From the NCBI GenBank assembly GCA_027021705.1, contig JALUTT010000113.1, forward strand, positions 1 through 30,525: a stretch of DNA of 30,525 bases, given 5' to 3'. The stretch comes from Anaerolineae bacterium (lineage in GTDB: Bacteria > Chloroflexota > Anaerolineae > S140-20). The translations under genes were made by a program, and so were the position numbers. This document shows positions 17,790 to 28,348 of the stretch, piece after piece; the first letter of the stretch is position 1, and each line of letters opens with the position of its first letter. Under the pieces are notes generated by a model. It did not search any database. It saw nothing but the letters and a program-made list of their open reading frames with translations, and was not told where the DNA came from.

Positions 17790-20700
17790 GGCGTGGTCCG
17801 GTGATCTTCCATTTCTGAGGTATCCGTTTGGCTCCCCCGGCGTGGGCGGGTCGAGGAAGGTCCAGCCGTCGGTGCCGTCGGGCCGGCGACCGTAAGACAC
17901 GTCCTCTTGCTGCGGTCCGAAGACGACCCAGTCTAACGGCACCAGGCCGTGGGCCACGTCGCTGAAGAGTCCCACCGCCTCTCCATCCCGGCTTAGCTTG
18001 AAGGCGGCGTGCAACGGCCCCTGCCCGCCGTCGTTGTCGCACCAGACGAGCAGGTAGCCCCCCGGTGGGATGACCGTCCCGGCGGGGAAGGCCCACTTCG
18101 TCGGCTCCGTCAGGTCGTCCGTCAAGTAGAACCCCGCCAGCGTCACGGTGACGGCCCCGGTGTTGTAGATCTCCACCCAATCGTCGTACTCCCCCGCCTC
18201 GTCCTGGTTGACACTGGCGTTGTCGGCCAGGATCTCGTTGATGACGAGGGTGGGCGGCGTGTAGCCCACCCGGTAGCGCTCGCTGAAGGCGGGCGCGTCG
18301 GCGGGGTAGCGTACCGACTGGCTGACGGAGTCGGTCACCGCCAGGAAGTAGGCGACCAGCGTTCCGTCAGGTTGAGCGGGTAGGGCGGCGGTGTAGGTCC
18401 GGTAGCCCGCTCCCGTCCCGTCTTGGCCGACCATCGGCAGGGGCTGGAAGCCGGCCCCCGCGCTGTACCAGAGGGTGACGGTGAGGGCCGGACTGTCGGC
18501 GGTCACGACGGCGGTCACGGTGACGGGCTGGCCGGCCTCCGGCCAGCGGGGGGTGCGGGTGACGGTGACGAAGCGGGGAGGGCGCAGGAGGTTGGGGCCG
18601 CCCGGCGTGGGGGCCGCCATCGCGTACCAGGCCCCGCCACCGTCGGGGAAGCGGCCCCAGGAGCGGTCGGGCTCCTGGGGCGGGAAGTAGACCGCGTCAA
18701 CGGGGGCGTAGAAGCGGTCGGCCCGGTCGAAGAGCCCCAGGTACTCGCCGGCGCTGGAGAGGCGGAAGCTGAGGTGGCTCCCCTGACCGTCTCCGTCGGC
18801 CCAGAGGATCAGGTAGCCGCCGGCGGGAACGATGGTGCCGGTCGGAACCTGGTAGAGGTGGGGATCACCCAGGTTGCCCAGGTCGGGCTGGTCTAGGTTG
18901 TCCGTCAGGAACATCCCGCCCAGGTCCAGGTCCACGGGGCCGGCGTTGTAGACCTCCACCCAGTCGTCGTGCTCCCCCGCCTCATCTTCCAGCGTCCGGG
19001 TGTTGAGGGCCAGCACCTCGTTGATGAAGAGGGGCGGGCGCTGCCAGCCGGTGATGTAGCGGTAATCTCCTTGGGGCCAGCCGGGCCGGTCCTGGCTTAC
19101 CATCCCCGCCGCGTCCTCGGCCTCGACGAAGTACTCCACCCAGTAGCCCTCCCGGTGGGGCACGAAGGGGATGACCGCGCCGAAGCGCCCGTCGCCGGCC
19201 GCCCCATCGCCGTGGGCCCCGTCGTCCGCCATCGGCACCGGCTGGTAGTCGGGCGGTGCCTCGCCGTAGACGTAGGCCCGGTACCAGAGGGTGACGGTGA
19301 GGGCGGGGCCGTCGTCGCGGACGAAGGTGGTGACGGTGACGCGATCGTGGGCGGTGGGCCAGGTGGGCGTGTGGGCCGTGCCGGTGATCTGGGGCGGGCG
19401 GCCCTCGTTCCGCCAGCCGGGGGTGGGGTCGTCGAAGACGCGCCAGGCCTCCCCGCCGTCGGGCCAGCGCCCGTAGGCCCGGTCGGTCGTCTGGGCGGTG
19501 TAAGTGATGAGGTCCACAGGGCCGTTGCCGTGGACGTCCCGGTCAAAGAGACCGATCTGCTCTCCGCCGGCGCTTAGCTTGAAGTTGGTATGCAGCGGCC
19601 CTTCCCCCTCCTCGTCGTCGGCCCAGAAGAGGAGCGTGCCCCCCGGCGCGATGAGGGTGCCGGTGGGGATGCGCCACCGGCGGGTCCGGCTCAGGTCGTC
19701 GGTCAGGTACATCCCCCCGAGGTCCCAGGTCAGCAGCGAGGGGTTGTAGAGTTCGATCCAGTCGTCGTAGTCGCCGGCCTCGTCGGCGGCGGTCCGGTCG
19801 TTGTCGGCCATAAACTCGTTGATGCGCAGGGGCACCGGTCGGTCGGGGCAGAAGCGGGCCATCTCCCCCTCCAGGAAGGCGATGCGCCCGGTGATGTAGT
19901 CCTTGAGTTGAGCGGGGCCGTCGGCGAAGGTGAAGCCCTCCGGCTGCCAGCGGTTGGGGTCGGCCTCGGCCCAGGGCCGGATGTAGGCGAAGGCGGCGTC
20001 AATGCGGGGGAAGAGGTGGTCGGGGCTGAAGAGGGTCTCCATCAGCTCCCGCAGCCGGCGGCAGTAGAAGGCGCGGAACTCCGGCACCGCCATCATCCGG
20101 TCTATCAGCGCGTTCCACTTCCCGTCGTACTTCTTGCTCTCCCAGGTGCCGCTGTCAATGGGGTTGTCCCAACTGATCTCCGAGTCCAGCGCCCCGCCGA
20201 CGCCCGTCCCCCAGACGTTGAGGCCGAAGGTGATGTCCACATCCCAGGGCAGGATGGTCCAGCGGTCGGTGCTGAAGTCGTGGTAGAGGTAGTAGTTTTT
20301 CTCGATCATCTCGAAGTTGCCGATGAGGACGTTGACGGCGTACCAGTCTACCCACTCGTTCACATCGAGGGTGGCGGCGATGGCCTGGGGAAAAGTCTCA
20401 TCGGACGATCCGTTGATCAGCTCAATGAAGGCGACGATGTCCTCGATCCCGCTCTCCCGGTTGGTCTTCTTGGGGTAGCGGTAGCGATACCACCACTCCC
20501 GCACCGCCGGGTCGTCGTACTCCTCCCGGTGGAGGCCGCCGTAGTAGGGCTTGTAGAGGTTGCCGTGGGTCTCGAACCCCCACTCCTGGAGAAAGCGCTC
20601 GTCCACCTGCTCGACCTGGACGTAGAGGCCGGCGTAGGCGTCGTTGATGGCGAGGCGGACGAAGGCGGTCTGGGGAGCGGGCACGCCGACCTCCCGGAAG

Positions 20701-21194
20701 AGGCTGTAGGCCAGGGAGCTGCGCAGCAGGGTCGGATCGGGGTAGTCGGCGTTCAGGTTGAGCTCGGTCTGCCCCTGGAAGGGGTCGGCGGCGGGGAAGA
20801 AGAGCTTCCAGGACTTCTTGGGCATCAGGCGGGAGAGGTCCCCCCGGTAGCGGAGCCGCACCTCCCAGCACCGCTCCTCCGCCCCCATCGGGGTGGACGG
20901 GGCGCAGAAGGTGGCCGGGATGGTTTCGTTGCGGTAGGGGTCTTGGGCCAGCCAGTCCAGGTCGGCAGGATCAGCGTAAAGGCGGTAGAGAGGGGGCGGG
21001 GGCGGGTGGTTGCGGACGACGAAGGGCAGGTAGACGGCGTGGGCCTGGGCAGGGGCGCGGGGGGCATAGGGCACGGCTGCCGCTCGAGCCATCGCCGTCA
21101 CCAGGAGCAGCAGCCCCAGGATGGGCAGGCCAACGGGCGCTGCCCCCCCCAGCATCCTGCCAACATTCTGGCGCAGACGGTCCTCGTGTTTCAT
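17718..21194 (-). CDS. Secreted CotH-kinase-family protein with three lamin-tail domains
   Basis: Signal peptide; RYRGD.S..PKKSWK, LNLNADY.D..LLR, YAGLYVQVEQVD, NYYLY, ILPWDVD.TFG; three INE.(M/L)A.N..DEAGE.DDW.E.YN...PTPG..N modules; DDGAHGDGAAGDG motif. Confidence 0.9.
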   Translation of the reverse strand: MKHEDRLRQNVGRMLGGAAPVGLPILGLLLLVTAMARAAAVPYAPRAPAQAHAVYLPFVVRNHPPPPPLYRLYADPADLDWLAQDPYRNETIPATFCAPSTPMGAEERCWEVRLRYRGDLSRLMPKKSWKLFFPAADPFQGQTELNLNADYPDPTLLRSSLAYSLFREVGVPAPQTAFVRLAINDAYAGLYVQVEQVDERFLQEWGFETHGNLYKPYYGGLHREEYDDPAVREWWYRYRYPKKTNRESGIEDIVAFIELINGSSDETFPQAIAATLDVNEWVDWYAVNVLIGNFEMIEKNYYLYHDFSTDRWTILPWDVDITFGLNVWGTGVGGALDSEISWDNPIDSGTWESKKYDGKWNALIDRMMAVPEFRAFYCRRLRELMETLFSPDHLFPRIDAAFAYIRPWAEADPNRWQPEGFTFADGPAQLKDYITGRIAFLEGEMARFCPDRPVPLRINEFMADNDRTAADEAGDYDDWIELYNPSLLTWDLGGMYLTDDLSRTRRWRIPTGTLIAPGGTLLFWADDEEGEGPLHTNFKLSAGGEQIGLFDRDVHGNGPVDLITYTAQTTDRAYGRWPDGGEAWRVFDDPTPGWRNEGRPPQITGTAHTPTWPTAHDRVTVTTFVRDDGPALTVTLWYRAYVYGEAPPDYQPVPMADDGAHGDGAAGDGRFGAVIPFVPHREGYWVEYFVEAEDAAGMVSQDRPGWPQGDYRYITGWQRPPLFINEVLALNTRTLEDEAGEHDDWVEVYNAGPVDLDLGGMFLTDNLDQPDLGNLGDPHLYQVPTGTIVPAGGYLILWADGDGQGSHLSFRLSSAGEYLGLFDRADRFYAPVDAVYFPPQEPDRSWGRFPDGGGAWYAMAAPTPGGPNLLRPPRFVTVTRTPRWPEAGQPVTVTAVVTADSPALTVTLWYSAGAGFQPLPMVGQDGTGAGYRTYTAALPAQPDGTLVAYFLAVTDSVSQSVRYPADAPAFSERYRVGYTPPTLVINEILADNASVNQDEAGEYDDWVEIYNTGAVTVTLAGFYLTDDLTEPTKWAFPAGTVIPPGGYLLVWCDNDGGQGPLHAAFKLSRDGEAVGLFSDVAHGLVPLDWVVFGPQQEDVSYGRRPDGTDGWTFLDPPTPGEPNGYLRNGRSPDHAPVVTHTFGDRETSRPRMEHEYTN

Positions 21195-21303
21195 CGTACC
21201 ACACCCCCTTCCTGCTGCTCAAACCGCTTGCAGTGATACCCCTTGTACAACTCCTTCCCCGTGGGCAGCTTGTACGACTCCGCCCGCCATTGCGCCGGGT
21301 CCG
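21191..21303 (-). pseudogene. Probable 3' remnant of a gene formerly coupled to cotH
   Basis: High-GC3 frame DPAQWRAESYKLPTGKELYKGYHCKRFEQQEGGVVR ends in a TGA overlapping the cotH ATG; its 5' part is replaced by the IS5 fragment. Confidence 0.45.
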
Positions 21304-21309
21304 AAGGAC

Positions 21310-21536
21310 CACCAGTTCGCGCGCCTCAGGATAGTCGTACCCCTTGTCCAGGCACAGGTTCTGCGGTTCCTCCTCCGTTGGCTCGGGTCACTCGATGATG
21401 ATGGCCTCCAGCGTGCTCTCGACCATCTTCATATCGTGCCTATTGGCACCCTCCACCACGACGGCCAAGGGAATCCCTTGCCCTCAGTCAACAAACTCCG
21501 TTTGGTGCCCTTCTTCCCGCGATCGGTGGGATTGGG
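21310..21536 (-). mobile_element. IS5-family transposase internal fragment (pseudogene)
   Basis: PNPTDRGKKGTKRSLLTE / QGIPLAVVVEGANRHD ... LCLDKGYD, with a 1-nt frameshift near 21480 and an in-frame TGA at 21388-21390. Confidence 0.85.
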
Positions 21537-21571
21537 AGACGCATAGCTCACCTCCTCCTGCTACTGCTCTA

Positions 21572-21600
21572 ATTGTACACCTTTTTCACCAGTCGTGGAA
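21572..21600 (-). promoter_or_regulatory. Predicted sigma70 promoter upstream of the disrupted gene and cotH
   Basis: TTCCAC-17 nt-TACAAT, followed by AGGAGGAGG and ATG at 21544. Confidence 0.55.
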
Positions 21601-21725
21601 CAGTCACACACCGATGGACCAGTTGAACAATGAGCGTGACCAAAAGTTGTTGAATCACTGATCGGCTGGCGGGTTGGGTGGGTGAGGGGCATCGGTGTCT
21701 GGATGGGTCTCCTCGACCGGTTTCC

Positions 21726-21776
21726 GGTCAACGAATGGGGGAACGAATAAACGAAGGGGTTTGCTCCAGGACGGAT
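21726..21776 (+). repeat. Dispersed ~50-bp repeat with triple AACGAA(T) motif
   Basis: GGTCAACGAATGGGGGAACGAATAAACGAAGGGGTTTGCTCCAGGACGGAT closely matches 29901-29951; an inverted partial copy lies at 1144-1173. Confidence 0.8.
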
Positions 21777-22047
21777 GGGGCGGGTGAGGGCTTCATCGTG
21801 ACCGCCTGACCGAACGACCAAGCGACCAGGCGACCACGATGGGTGGTTCCCCCTGGTCAGCGGGCCGGGCAACGGGCCAAGATTCCCCAACCAGGCGGGA
21901 GGGGGGCGAGGAGCCCAGAGCGCACCGAGGTCACAAAGGGCACCAAGCGTTACGAATCTGTCCTTGCAGGGGCAGTCGGGGGGGCGCGTCGGCCTGGAAA
22001 TGTCGGTGTTGGATCAGGGGCTGAGGAACGAGGCACCGAGGAGCGGA

Positions 22048-22078
22048 CCGGGGCGGGGGGTGATCCTCCCCGCCCCGG
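22048..22078 (-). terminator. GC-rich hairpin after the DHOD-like gene
   Basis: CCGGGGCGGGG/CCCCGCCCCGG stem ~45 nt after the stop; no U-tract. Confidence 0.5.
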
Positions 22079-22124
22079 CGCTTGCAGGTCGGTGTGGGAT
22101 GCGCAGATGCCCATGTTCCCGGTC

Positions 22125-23123
22125 CTATCGGGGGACGAAGGAGTTGAGCACCCTCATGTAGTGGGCTCGCTCGAAGGCGGCCGGCTCCGCCACAGCCGGC
22201 TGGCTCATGCTCCCCTGCATTTGCCGGATGGATTCGTACTCGTGCTCTTCCATCCAGGCCACCAGGTCCTCCAGGATCTCGCCGACTCGCCCGATGCCCT
22301 TCTGGAGCAGTTCGGAAGCCATCATCGCTACCTTGGCACCGGCCATCACCGCCTTGAGCACATCCTCGGCCGTGTGGACGCCGGTGGAGAGAGCCAGATC
22401 GGCCTGCACATGCCCGTAGAGGATGGCGATCCAGCGCAGGGGCAGGCGCAGCTCCTGGGAGGTGCTGAAACTCAGGTGGGGCACGACTTCCAGCGCCTCC
22501 AAGTCGAAGTCGGGCTGGTAGAAGCGGTTGAAGAGGACCAGCCCGTCGGCGCCGGCTTCGACCAGCCGACGGGCGACGTTGGGCAGCGCGGTGAAGAAGG
22601 GGCTTAGCTTGACGGCCAGCGGGATCCGAACTCGGGCCCGGACGTCGCGCACCAGGGTGACATAGACCTCCTCCAGCTCGGCGCTGGTCAGGTTAGGATC
22701 AGTAGGCAGATAGTAGAGGTTGAGTTCCAGGGCGTCGGCGCCGGCATCCTCGATCCGCCGAGCGTACTCGATCCAGCCCCCGGTGGAGACGCCGTTCAGG
22801 CTCCCGATGATGGGGATGCTGACCGCTTCCTTGAGCCGGCGCAGGTGGGCGACGTAGGCCTCCGGCCCCATAGTGTAGCGTCCCATCTCGGGCAGGTAGG
22901 TCAGCGCCTCGGCAAAGGTCTCCGTCCCTTGCGCCAGGTAGTGATCCAGCTCCAGCGTTTCGCGGATGATCTGCTCCTCGAAAAGGGAGTAGAGCACGAC
23001 CGCCGCGATGCCGGCTTCCTCCAGCCGCTGCACCGTCTCCACCTTTTCGGAGAGGGGAGAGGCAGCAGCCACAAGGGGGTTCTTGAGAGTCAGACCCAGG
23101 TAGGTCGTCGTTAGATCAGTCAT
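22125..23123 (-). CDS. Dihydroorotate dehydrogenase-like flavoprotein (PFOR-associated type)
   Basis: [64 protein letters not shown]. Confidence 0.9.
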   Translation of the reverse strand: MTDLTTTYLGLTLKNPLVAAASPLSEKVETVQRLEEAGIAAVVLYSLFEEQIIRETLELDHYLAQGTETFAEALTYLPEMGRYTMGPEAYVAHLRRLKEAVSIPIIGSLNGVSTGGWIEYARRIEDAGADALELNLYYLPTDPNLTSAELEEVYVTLVRDVRARVRIPLAVKLSPFFTALPNVARRLVEAGADGLVLFNRFYQPDFDLEALEVVPHLSFSTSQELRLPLRWIAILYGHVQADLALSTGVHTAEDVLKAVMAGAKVAMMASELLQKGIGRVGEILEDLVAWMEEHEYESIRQMQGSMSQPAVAEPAAFERAHYMRVLNSFVPR

Positions 23124-23142
23124 AGGAGCAGCTCCATCAGAG

Positions 23143-26100
23143 TTATGCGCCTTGACCGCCGTTGCCGTCGTAGCGCATAGCGGCCAGTTGCCGGTAGAAG
23201 TGCCATCGGGTGCGGACGTCCTCCTTGGCCAGCTTCATCAGGGCCTCAGCTCGGCTTTCGTCGCTCTGCAGGAGCATGCGGTAGCGGGTCTCGTTGTAGG
23301 CGAACTGCTCCAGCGGGACGCTGGGATCGCGGGAGTCCAGGATCAAGGGGTTCTTGCCCTGGGCGGCCAGCGTCGGATTGTAGCGGTAGAGGGGCCACAG
23401 CCCCGACTGTACGGCCAGCTTCTGCTGGTCCAGCCCCTTGCGCATGTCAATGCCGTGGGCGATGCAGTGGCTGTAGGCGATGATCAGGGACGGCCCTTCG
23501 TAGGCGTCCGCCTCCAGGAAGGCGCGGAGGGTCTGCTGGTCGTTGGCCCCCATCGCCACCTGAGCGACGTAGATGTAGCCGTAGGCCATCGCCATCATCC
23601 CCAGGTCCTTGCGGGGCTTGTCCTTCCCCCGGGCGGCGAACTTGGCCACGGCTGCCCTCGGCGTCGCTTTGGAAGCCTGACCGCCGGTGTTGGAGTAGAC
23701 CTGGGTGTCCAGCACCAGGACGTTGACGTTGCGCCCGGCGGCGAGCACGTGGTCCAGGCCGCCGTAACCGATGTCATAGGCCCAGCCGTCGCCCCCGACG
23801 ATCCAGACGCTCTTGCGCACCAGCACGTCGGCCAGGCTGAGCAGGTCCTTGGCGCGGGGATCATCCACCTCCTGCAGCCGCTCCTTGAGCAGGGCGACCC
23901 GCTCCCGCTGGGCTTGGATGCCGGCTTCGGTGGACTGGTCGGCGTTGAGCAGTTCGTCCACCAGCGCCTCGCCCACCATACCGGCGAGCTGAGGCAGCAG
24001 CTCCCGCACGTACTCCAGGTGCTTGTCCAGCGTCAGGCGCATACCGAAGCCAAACTCGGCGTTGTCCTCGAAGAGGGAGTTGGACCAGGCCGGGCCGCGC
24101 CCCTCCCGGTTAACCGCCCAGGGGGTGGTGGGCAGGTTGCCCCCGTAGATGGACGAGCAGCCGGTGGCGTTGGCGATGATGACCCGGTCGCCGAAGAGCT
24201 GAGAGAGCAGCTTCAGGTAGGGCGTCTCGCCGCAGCCGGCGCAGGCCCCGGAGAACTCGAAGAGGGGTTCCAGGAGCTGGGAGTTCTTCACCGTGGTGAG
24301 CTTGATCCGGGTGCGGTCCACCTCGGGCAGGGAGAGGAAGAAGTCCCAGTTGACCCGCTCCTGCTCGCGGAGGGGCGGCTGAGGAGCCATGTTGATCGCC
24401 TTGCGCCCCACCTGGCTCTTGTCCTTGGCCGGGCAGACCTCGACGCAGAGGCCACATCCGGTGCAGTCCTCCGGTGCGACCTGGAGGGTGTACTTCCAGC
24501 CCTTGAACTCCCGCCAGCGGGCATCGGCCGACTTGAAGGTGGGCGGGGCCTCCTCCAGGTAGTGGGGCTCGTAGACCTTCTGGCGGATGACGGCGTGGGG
24601 GCAGACGAAGACGCATTTGCCGCACTGGATGCAGAGGTCCGGCTCCCAGACGGGGATCTCCAGGGAGATGTTGCGCTTCTCGTAGCGGGTCGTGGCCGAG
24701 GGATAGGTGCCGTCGGCCGGGAGCATGCTCACGGGGATCCGATCCCCATCGCCGGCGATCATCGGGCCGAGCACTCGGCGGACAAACTCCGGTGCGTTCT
24801 CGGGCACCGGCGGCCGGCGGGTCAGCGTGCTGGTCACCCGGTCCGGTACCTTCACCTCGTACAGGTTGGCCAGGGCTTGGTCCACGGCCTGGAAGTTCTG
24901 CTGCACCACTGCCTCGCCCCGCTTGCCGTAGGTCTTGCGGATCGCTTCCTTGATGGACGCGATGGCCTGGTCGCGGGGCAGGATGCCGCTGATGGCGAAG
25001 AAGCAGGTCTGCATGATGGTGTTGATGCGGCCACCCAGTCCTACCTTTCGGGCCACCTCGTAGGCGTCAATCACGTAGAAGCGCAGCTTCTTCTCGATGA
25101 TCGCCTCCTGCACCTCGCGCGGCAGGTGGTCCCACACCTCGTCGGGGCCGTAGATGCTGTTGAGCAGGAAGATGGCCCCCGGCTTGGCGTACTTGAGCAT
25201 GTCGAACCGCTCTAGGAAGGGGAATTGGTGGCAGGCGACGAACTCGGCCTGGTTGATGAGATAGGGGGCCCGGATCGGCTGGGGACCGAAGCGGAGATGG
25301 GAGATGGTCACCGCTCCCGACTTCTTGGAGTCGTAGACGAAGTAGCCCTGAGCGTGGTTCTCCGTCTCCTCGCCGATGATCTTGATGGAGTTCTTGTTGG
25401 CGCTCACCGTGCCGTCCGCCCCTAGGCCGAAGAAGACACACTGGATCGTGTCATCACTGAGGATGGAAAAGTCGGGGTCGTACTCGATGCTGGTGTGGGT
25501 GACATCGTCGTAGATGCCCACGGTGAAGTGGTTCTTGGGCTGCTCCTTGCGCATCTCGTCGAAGACCCCCTTGACCATCCCCGGCGTGAACTCCTTGGAG
25601 GAGAGGCCGTAGCGCCCGCCGATCACCAGCGGTGCCCGCTCGAAGGGCGCGATCCCCTGGGCCATCCCCTCGTGGATGGCGGCGACCACGTCGAGGTAGA
25701 GGGGTTCGCCGGCCGATCCGGGCTCCTTCGTGCGGTCCAGCACCGCGATGACCCGGACGGTGGGGGGCAGGGCCTCCAGGAAGTGGCGGACGGAGAAGGG
25801 GCGGTAGAGGTGGACACGGATGGTCCCGACCTTCTCCCCCCGCTCGGCCAGGTAGCGGGCGGTCTCGGCGGCCGTCTCGGCCCCGGAGCCCATCAGGACG
25901 ACGACCCGCTCGGCGTCGGGAGCGCCCACGTAGTCGAAGAGGTGGTACTGCCGCCCCACCAACCGGGCGAACTTGTCCATCGCCTTCTGGACGACGTCGG
26001 GGCAGGCCAGGTAGTAGGGGTTGACCGTCTCGCGGGCCTGGAAGAAGACGTCGGGGTTCTGGGCGGTGCCCCGGATGAAGGGGCGGTCGGGGGAGAGGGC

Positions 26101-26718
26101 CCGCGCCCGATGGGCCTGCACCAGCTCGTCGTCAATCATCGCCCGCATATCCTCGATGGTGAGCTGCTCGATCTTGTTGATCTCGTGGGAGACGCGGAAG
26201 CCCTCAAAGAAGTGGAGGAAGGGGACGCGGGCTTCCAGCGTCGCGGCCTGGGCGATGAGGGCGAAGTCGTGGGCTTCCTGGACGGACCCAGAGGCCAGCA
26301 TGGCGAAGCCAGTGGCCCGAGCGGCCATCACGTCGGAGTGATCGCCGAAAATGGACAGGGCCTGAGCGGCGACGGAGCGGGAGGCGATGTGGAAGACGGT
26401 AGACGTCAGCTCGCCGGCGATCTTGTACATATTGGGGATCATCAGCAACAGCCCCTGGGAGGCGGTGAAGGTCGTGGTCAGCGCTCCCGTCTGCAGCGCA
26501 CCATGTACCGCGCCGGCGGCCCCCCCTTCGGCCTGCATCTCCACCACCAGGGGAACGGTGCCCCAGATGTTGGTCTTCCCCGCTGCCGACCACGCATCGG
26601 CCAGCTCCCCCATCGGCGTAGACGGGGTGATGGGGTAGATGGCGATCACTTCGTTGACCTTATGAGCAACGTAGGCGACGGCTTCGTTGCCATCAATGGT
26701 GACCCTCTTGCGTTCCAT
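23143..26718 (-). CDS. nifJ: Pyruvate:ferredoxin (flavodoxin) oxidoreductase, single-chain type
   Basis: [72 protein letters not shown] at 26718 has AGGAGG SD. Confidence 0.97.
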   Translation of the reverse strand: MERKRVTIDGNEAVAYVAHKVNEVIAIYPITPSTPMGELADAWSAAGKTNIWGTVPLVVEMQAEGGAAGAVHGALQTGALTTTFTASQGLLLMIPNMYKIAGELTSTVFHIASRSVAAQALSIFGDHSDVMAARATGFAMLASGSVQEAHDFALIAQAATLEARVPFLHFFEGFRVSHEINKIEQLTIEDMRAMIDDELVQAHRARALSPDRPFIRGTAQNPDVFFQARETVNPYYLACPDVVQKAMDKFARLVGRQYHLFDYVGAPDAERVVVLMGSGAETAAETARYLAERGEKVGTIRVHLYRPFSVRHFLEALPPTVRVIAVLDRTKEPGSAGEPLYLDVVAAIHEGMAQGIAPFERAPLVIGGRYGLSSKEFTPGMVKGVFDEMRKEQPKNHFTVGIYDDVTHTSIEYDPDFSILSDDTIQCVFFGLGADGTVSANKNSIKIIGEETENHAQGYFVYDSKKSGAVTISHLRFGPQPIRAPYLINQAEFVACHQFPFLERFDMLKYAKPGAIFLLNSIYGPDEVWDHLPREVQEAIIEKKLRFYVIDAYEVARKVGLGGRINTIMQTCFFAISGILPRDQAIASIKEAIRKTYGKRGEAVVQQNFQAVDQALANLYEVKVPDRVTSTLTRRPPVPENAPEFVRRVLGPMIAGDGDRIPVSMLPADGTYPSATTRYEKRNISLEIPVWEPDLCIQCGKCVFVCPHAVIRQKVYEPHYLEEAPPTFKSADARWREFKGWKYTLQVAPEDCTGCGLCVEVCPAKDKSQVGRKAINMAPQPPLREQERVNWDFFLSLPEVDRTRIKLTTVKNSQLLEPLFEFSGACAGCGETPYLKLLSQLFGDRVIIANATGCSSIYGGNLPTTPWAVNREGRGPAWSNSLFEDNAEFGFGMRLTLDKHLEYVRELLPQLAGMVGEALVDELLNADQSTEAGIQAQRERVALLKERLQEVDDPRAKDLLSLADVLVRKSVWIVGGDGWAYDIGYGGLDHVLAAGRNVNVLVLDTQVYSNTGGQASKATPRAAVAKFAARGKDKPRKDLGMMAMAYGYIYVAQVAMGANDQQTLRAFLEADAYEGPSLIIAYSHCIAHGIDMRKGLDQQKLAVQSGLWPLYRYNPTLAAQGKNPLILDSRDPSVPLEQFAYNETRYRMLLQSDESRAEALMKLAKEDVRTRWHFYRQLAAMRYDGNGGQGA

Positions 26719-26788
26719 CGTCTCCTCCTGATTGGACGCCTTGTTGGGCTGCTCCACGTGCGACAGTTGTCTCGATGCCTATTTAGAA

Positions 26789-26835
26789 GGTGGTCTCCCT
26801 CACTGGTGGCGGAGCCGATGAGGAGGGAGACCACC
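26789..26835. other. Intergenic stem-loop between gdhA and PFOR
   Basis: Perfect 13-bp stem GGTGGTCTCCCTC/GAGGGAGACCACC; second 7-bp stem GCGCCGG/CCGGCGC at ~26861-26879. Confidence 0.65.
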
Positions 26836-26887
26836 CTGATCAGGTCGTTCGGTTGTCTCAGCGCCGGTCAACCCGGCGCGATGACCG

Positions 26888-28138
26888 TTAGATCCACCCG
26901 CGCAGTCGGACCGCTTCAGCTACCCGAGCGACGGAGACCAGGTAAGCCCCCAACCGATTGTGGACGTTGTACTGACGGGCCGTCTCGTGTACCGCGTGGA
27001 AGGCGGTGGTCATCTTGGCGTCCAGGGCGCGGTGCACCTCCTCCTCGGACCAGTAGTGGTTGTAGGCGTTCTGGACCTGCTCGAAGTAGGAGACGGTGAC
27101 ACCGCCGGCATTGCACAGGAAGTCGGGGATGACGTAGACGCCGTTCTCGTGCATGATGACGTCGGCTTCGGGGGTGGTGGGGCCGTTGGCCAGCTCGGCC
27201 ACGATCTTGGCCTTGATGTTGCCGGCGTTCTCCTCGGTGATCACCTCCTCCAAGGCGGCCGGGAAGAGGACGGTGACGTCCAGCTCCAGCAGCTCCTCGT
27301 TGGTGATGCTGTCGGCACCGGGGAAGTTGATCACGGAACCGGTCTCCTGCTTGTGGGCCAGGACCTTTTCGTAATCCAGCCCCTCGGCGTTGTAGATGCC
27401 GCCCTTGGAGTCGGAGACGGCGACGACCTTCAAGCCCAGGATCTCGACGGCCAGCTTGTGGGCGAAGGAGCCGGCGTTCCCGTAGCCCTGAATGGCGGCC
27501 GTCGCGCCTTCCAGGTCCAGGTTCAGGACCTTGGCCGCCTCGCGCACGGTGTAGACGCCGCCCCGGGCGGTGGCGTCGCCCCGGCCCAGGGAGCCACCCA
27601 CGGGGATCGGCTTGCCGGTGATGACGCCGGGGGCGTGGTGGCCGACGATGGTTTCGTACTCATCCATCATCCAGGCCATGATCTGGGGGGTGGTGTAGAC
27701 ATCCGGAGCCGGCACGTCCTGCTCAGGGCCGATGAAGTAGGCCACCCGACGCATGTAGCCCCGACTCAGCCGCTCCAGCTCGCCCTCGGACATCTCCTTG
27801 GGGTTGCAAATGATCCCGCCCTTGCCGCCACCCAGAGGGAGGTCCAAGGCAGCCGTCTTCCAGGTCATCCAGGCGGCCAGCGCCCGCACCGTGTCAATGG
27901 TCTCTTCGGGATGATAGCGGATGCCTCCCTTGGCCGGGCCTCGGGCGTCGTTGTACTGGACACGGAACCCCTTGAAGACCTGGACGGAGCCGTCATCCAT
28001 ACGGACAGGGATGGTGAAATGGAACTCCCGCATCGGCCAGCGCAGGAACTCGTGCATTGCGGGGTCCAGCCTCAGGATACGGGCGGCCTCGTCAAGCTGT
28101 CGCTGGGCCATAGCAAAAGGATTGGCTTTTTCCGGCAT
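26888..28138 (-). CDS. gdhA: Glutamate dehydrogenase (Glu/Leu/Phe/Val dehydrogenase family)
   Basis: [64 protein letters not shown] at 28138 has AGGAGGT SD. Confidence 0.95.
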   Translation of the reverse strand: MPEKANPFAMAQRQLDEAARILRLDPAMHEFLRWPMREFHFTIPVRMDDGSVQVFKGFRVQYNDARGPAKGGIRYHPEETIDTVRALAAWMTWKTAALDLPLGGGKGGIICNPKEMSEGELERLSRGYMRRVAYFIGPEQDVPAPDVYTTPQIMAWMMDEYETIVGHHAPGVITGKPIPVGGSLGRGDATARGGVYTVREAAKVLNLDLEGATAAIQGYGNAGSFAHKLAVEILGLKVVAVSDSKGGIYNAEGLDYEKVLAHKQETGSVINFPGADSITNEELLELDVTVLFPAALEEVITEENAGNIKAKIVAELANGPTTPEADVIMHENGVYVIPDFLCNAGGVTVSYFEQVQNAYNHYWSEEEVHRALDAKMTTAFHAVHETARQYNVHNRLGAYLVSVARVAEAVRLRGWI

Positions 28139-28348
28139 AGTTGCGATACCTCCTGTGAAGTGAAAGGATCGTAGGCAGCATGCGACGGATTCCTGAGCGG
28201 AATCCGCCGGCAAGTTAGGAATCGGTTGAGACGTTGAGAGCGGGAACGGCAACGCGGTGAAGGGGTGTGAGGTTCATCTGGCGCACTTATCGTCGAGGGG
28301 CAGCCTGGCCGCTCCCGCCGATTTCCGAACTAGGTCAAACCGTTGCCT

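Noticed and set aside
17718..21194. Evidence for sporulation
   Set aside because: CotH kinase domains fused to lamin-tail domains are common in non-sporulating bacteria.
21388..21390. Selenocysteine or programmed readthrough at the TGA in the IS5 fragment
   Set aside because: Most simply a CGA-to-TGA mutation in a truncated fragment that also has a frameshift.
19590..28174. Long plus-strand ORFs (19590-21236, 23152-25215, 25495-27099, 26960-28174) and similar ones such as 46-1350
   Set aside because: Antisense shadows of well-supported high-GC genes, with no recognisable motifs.
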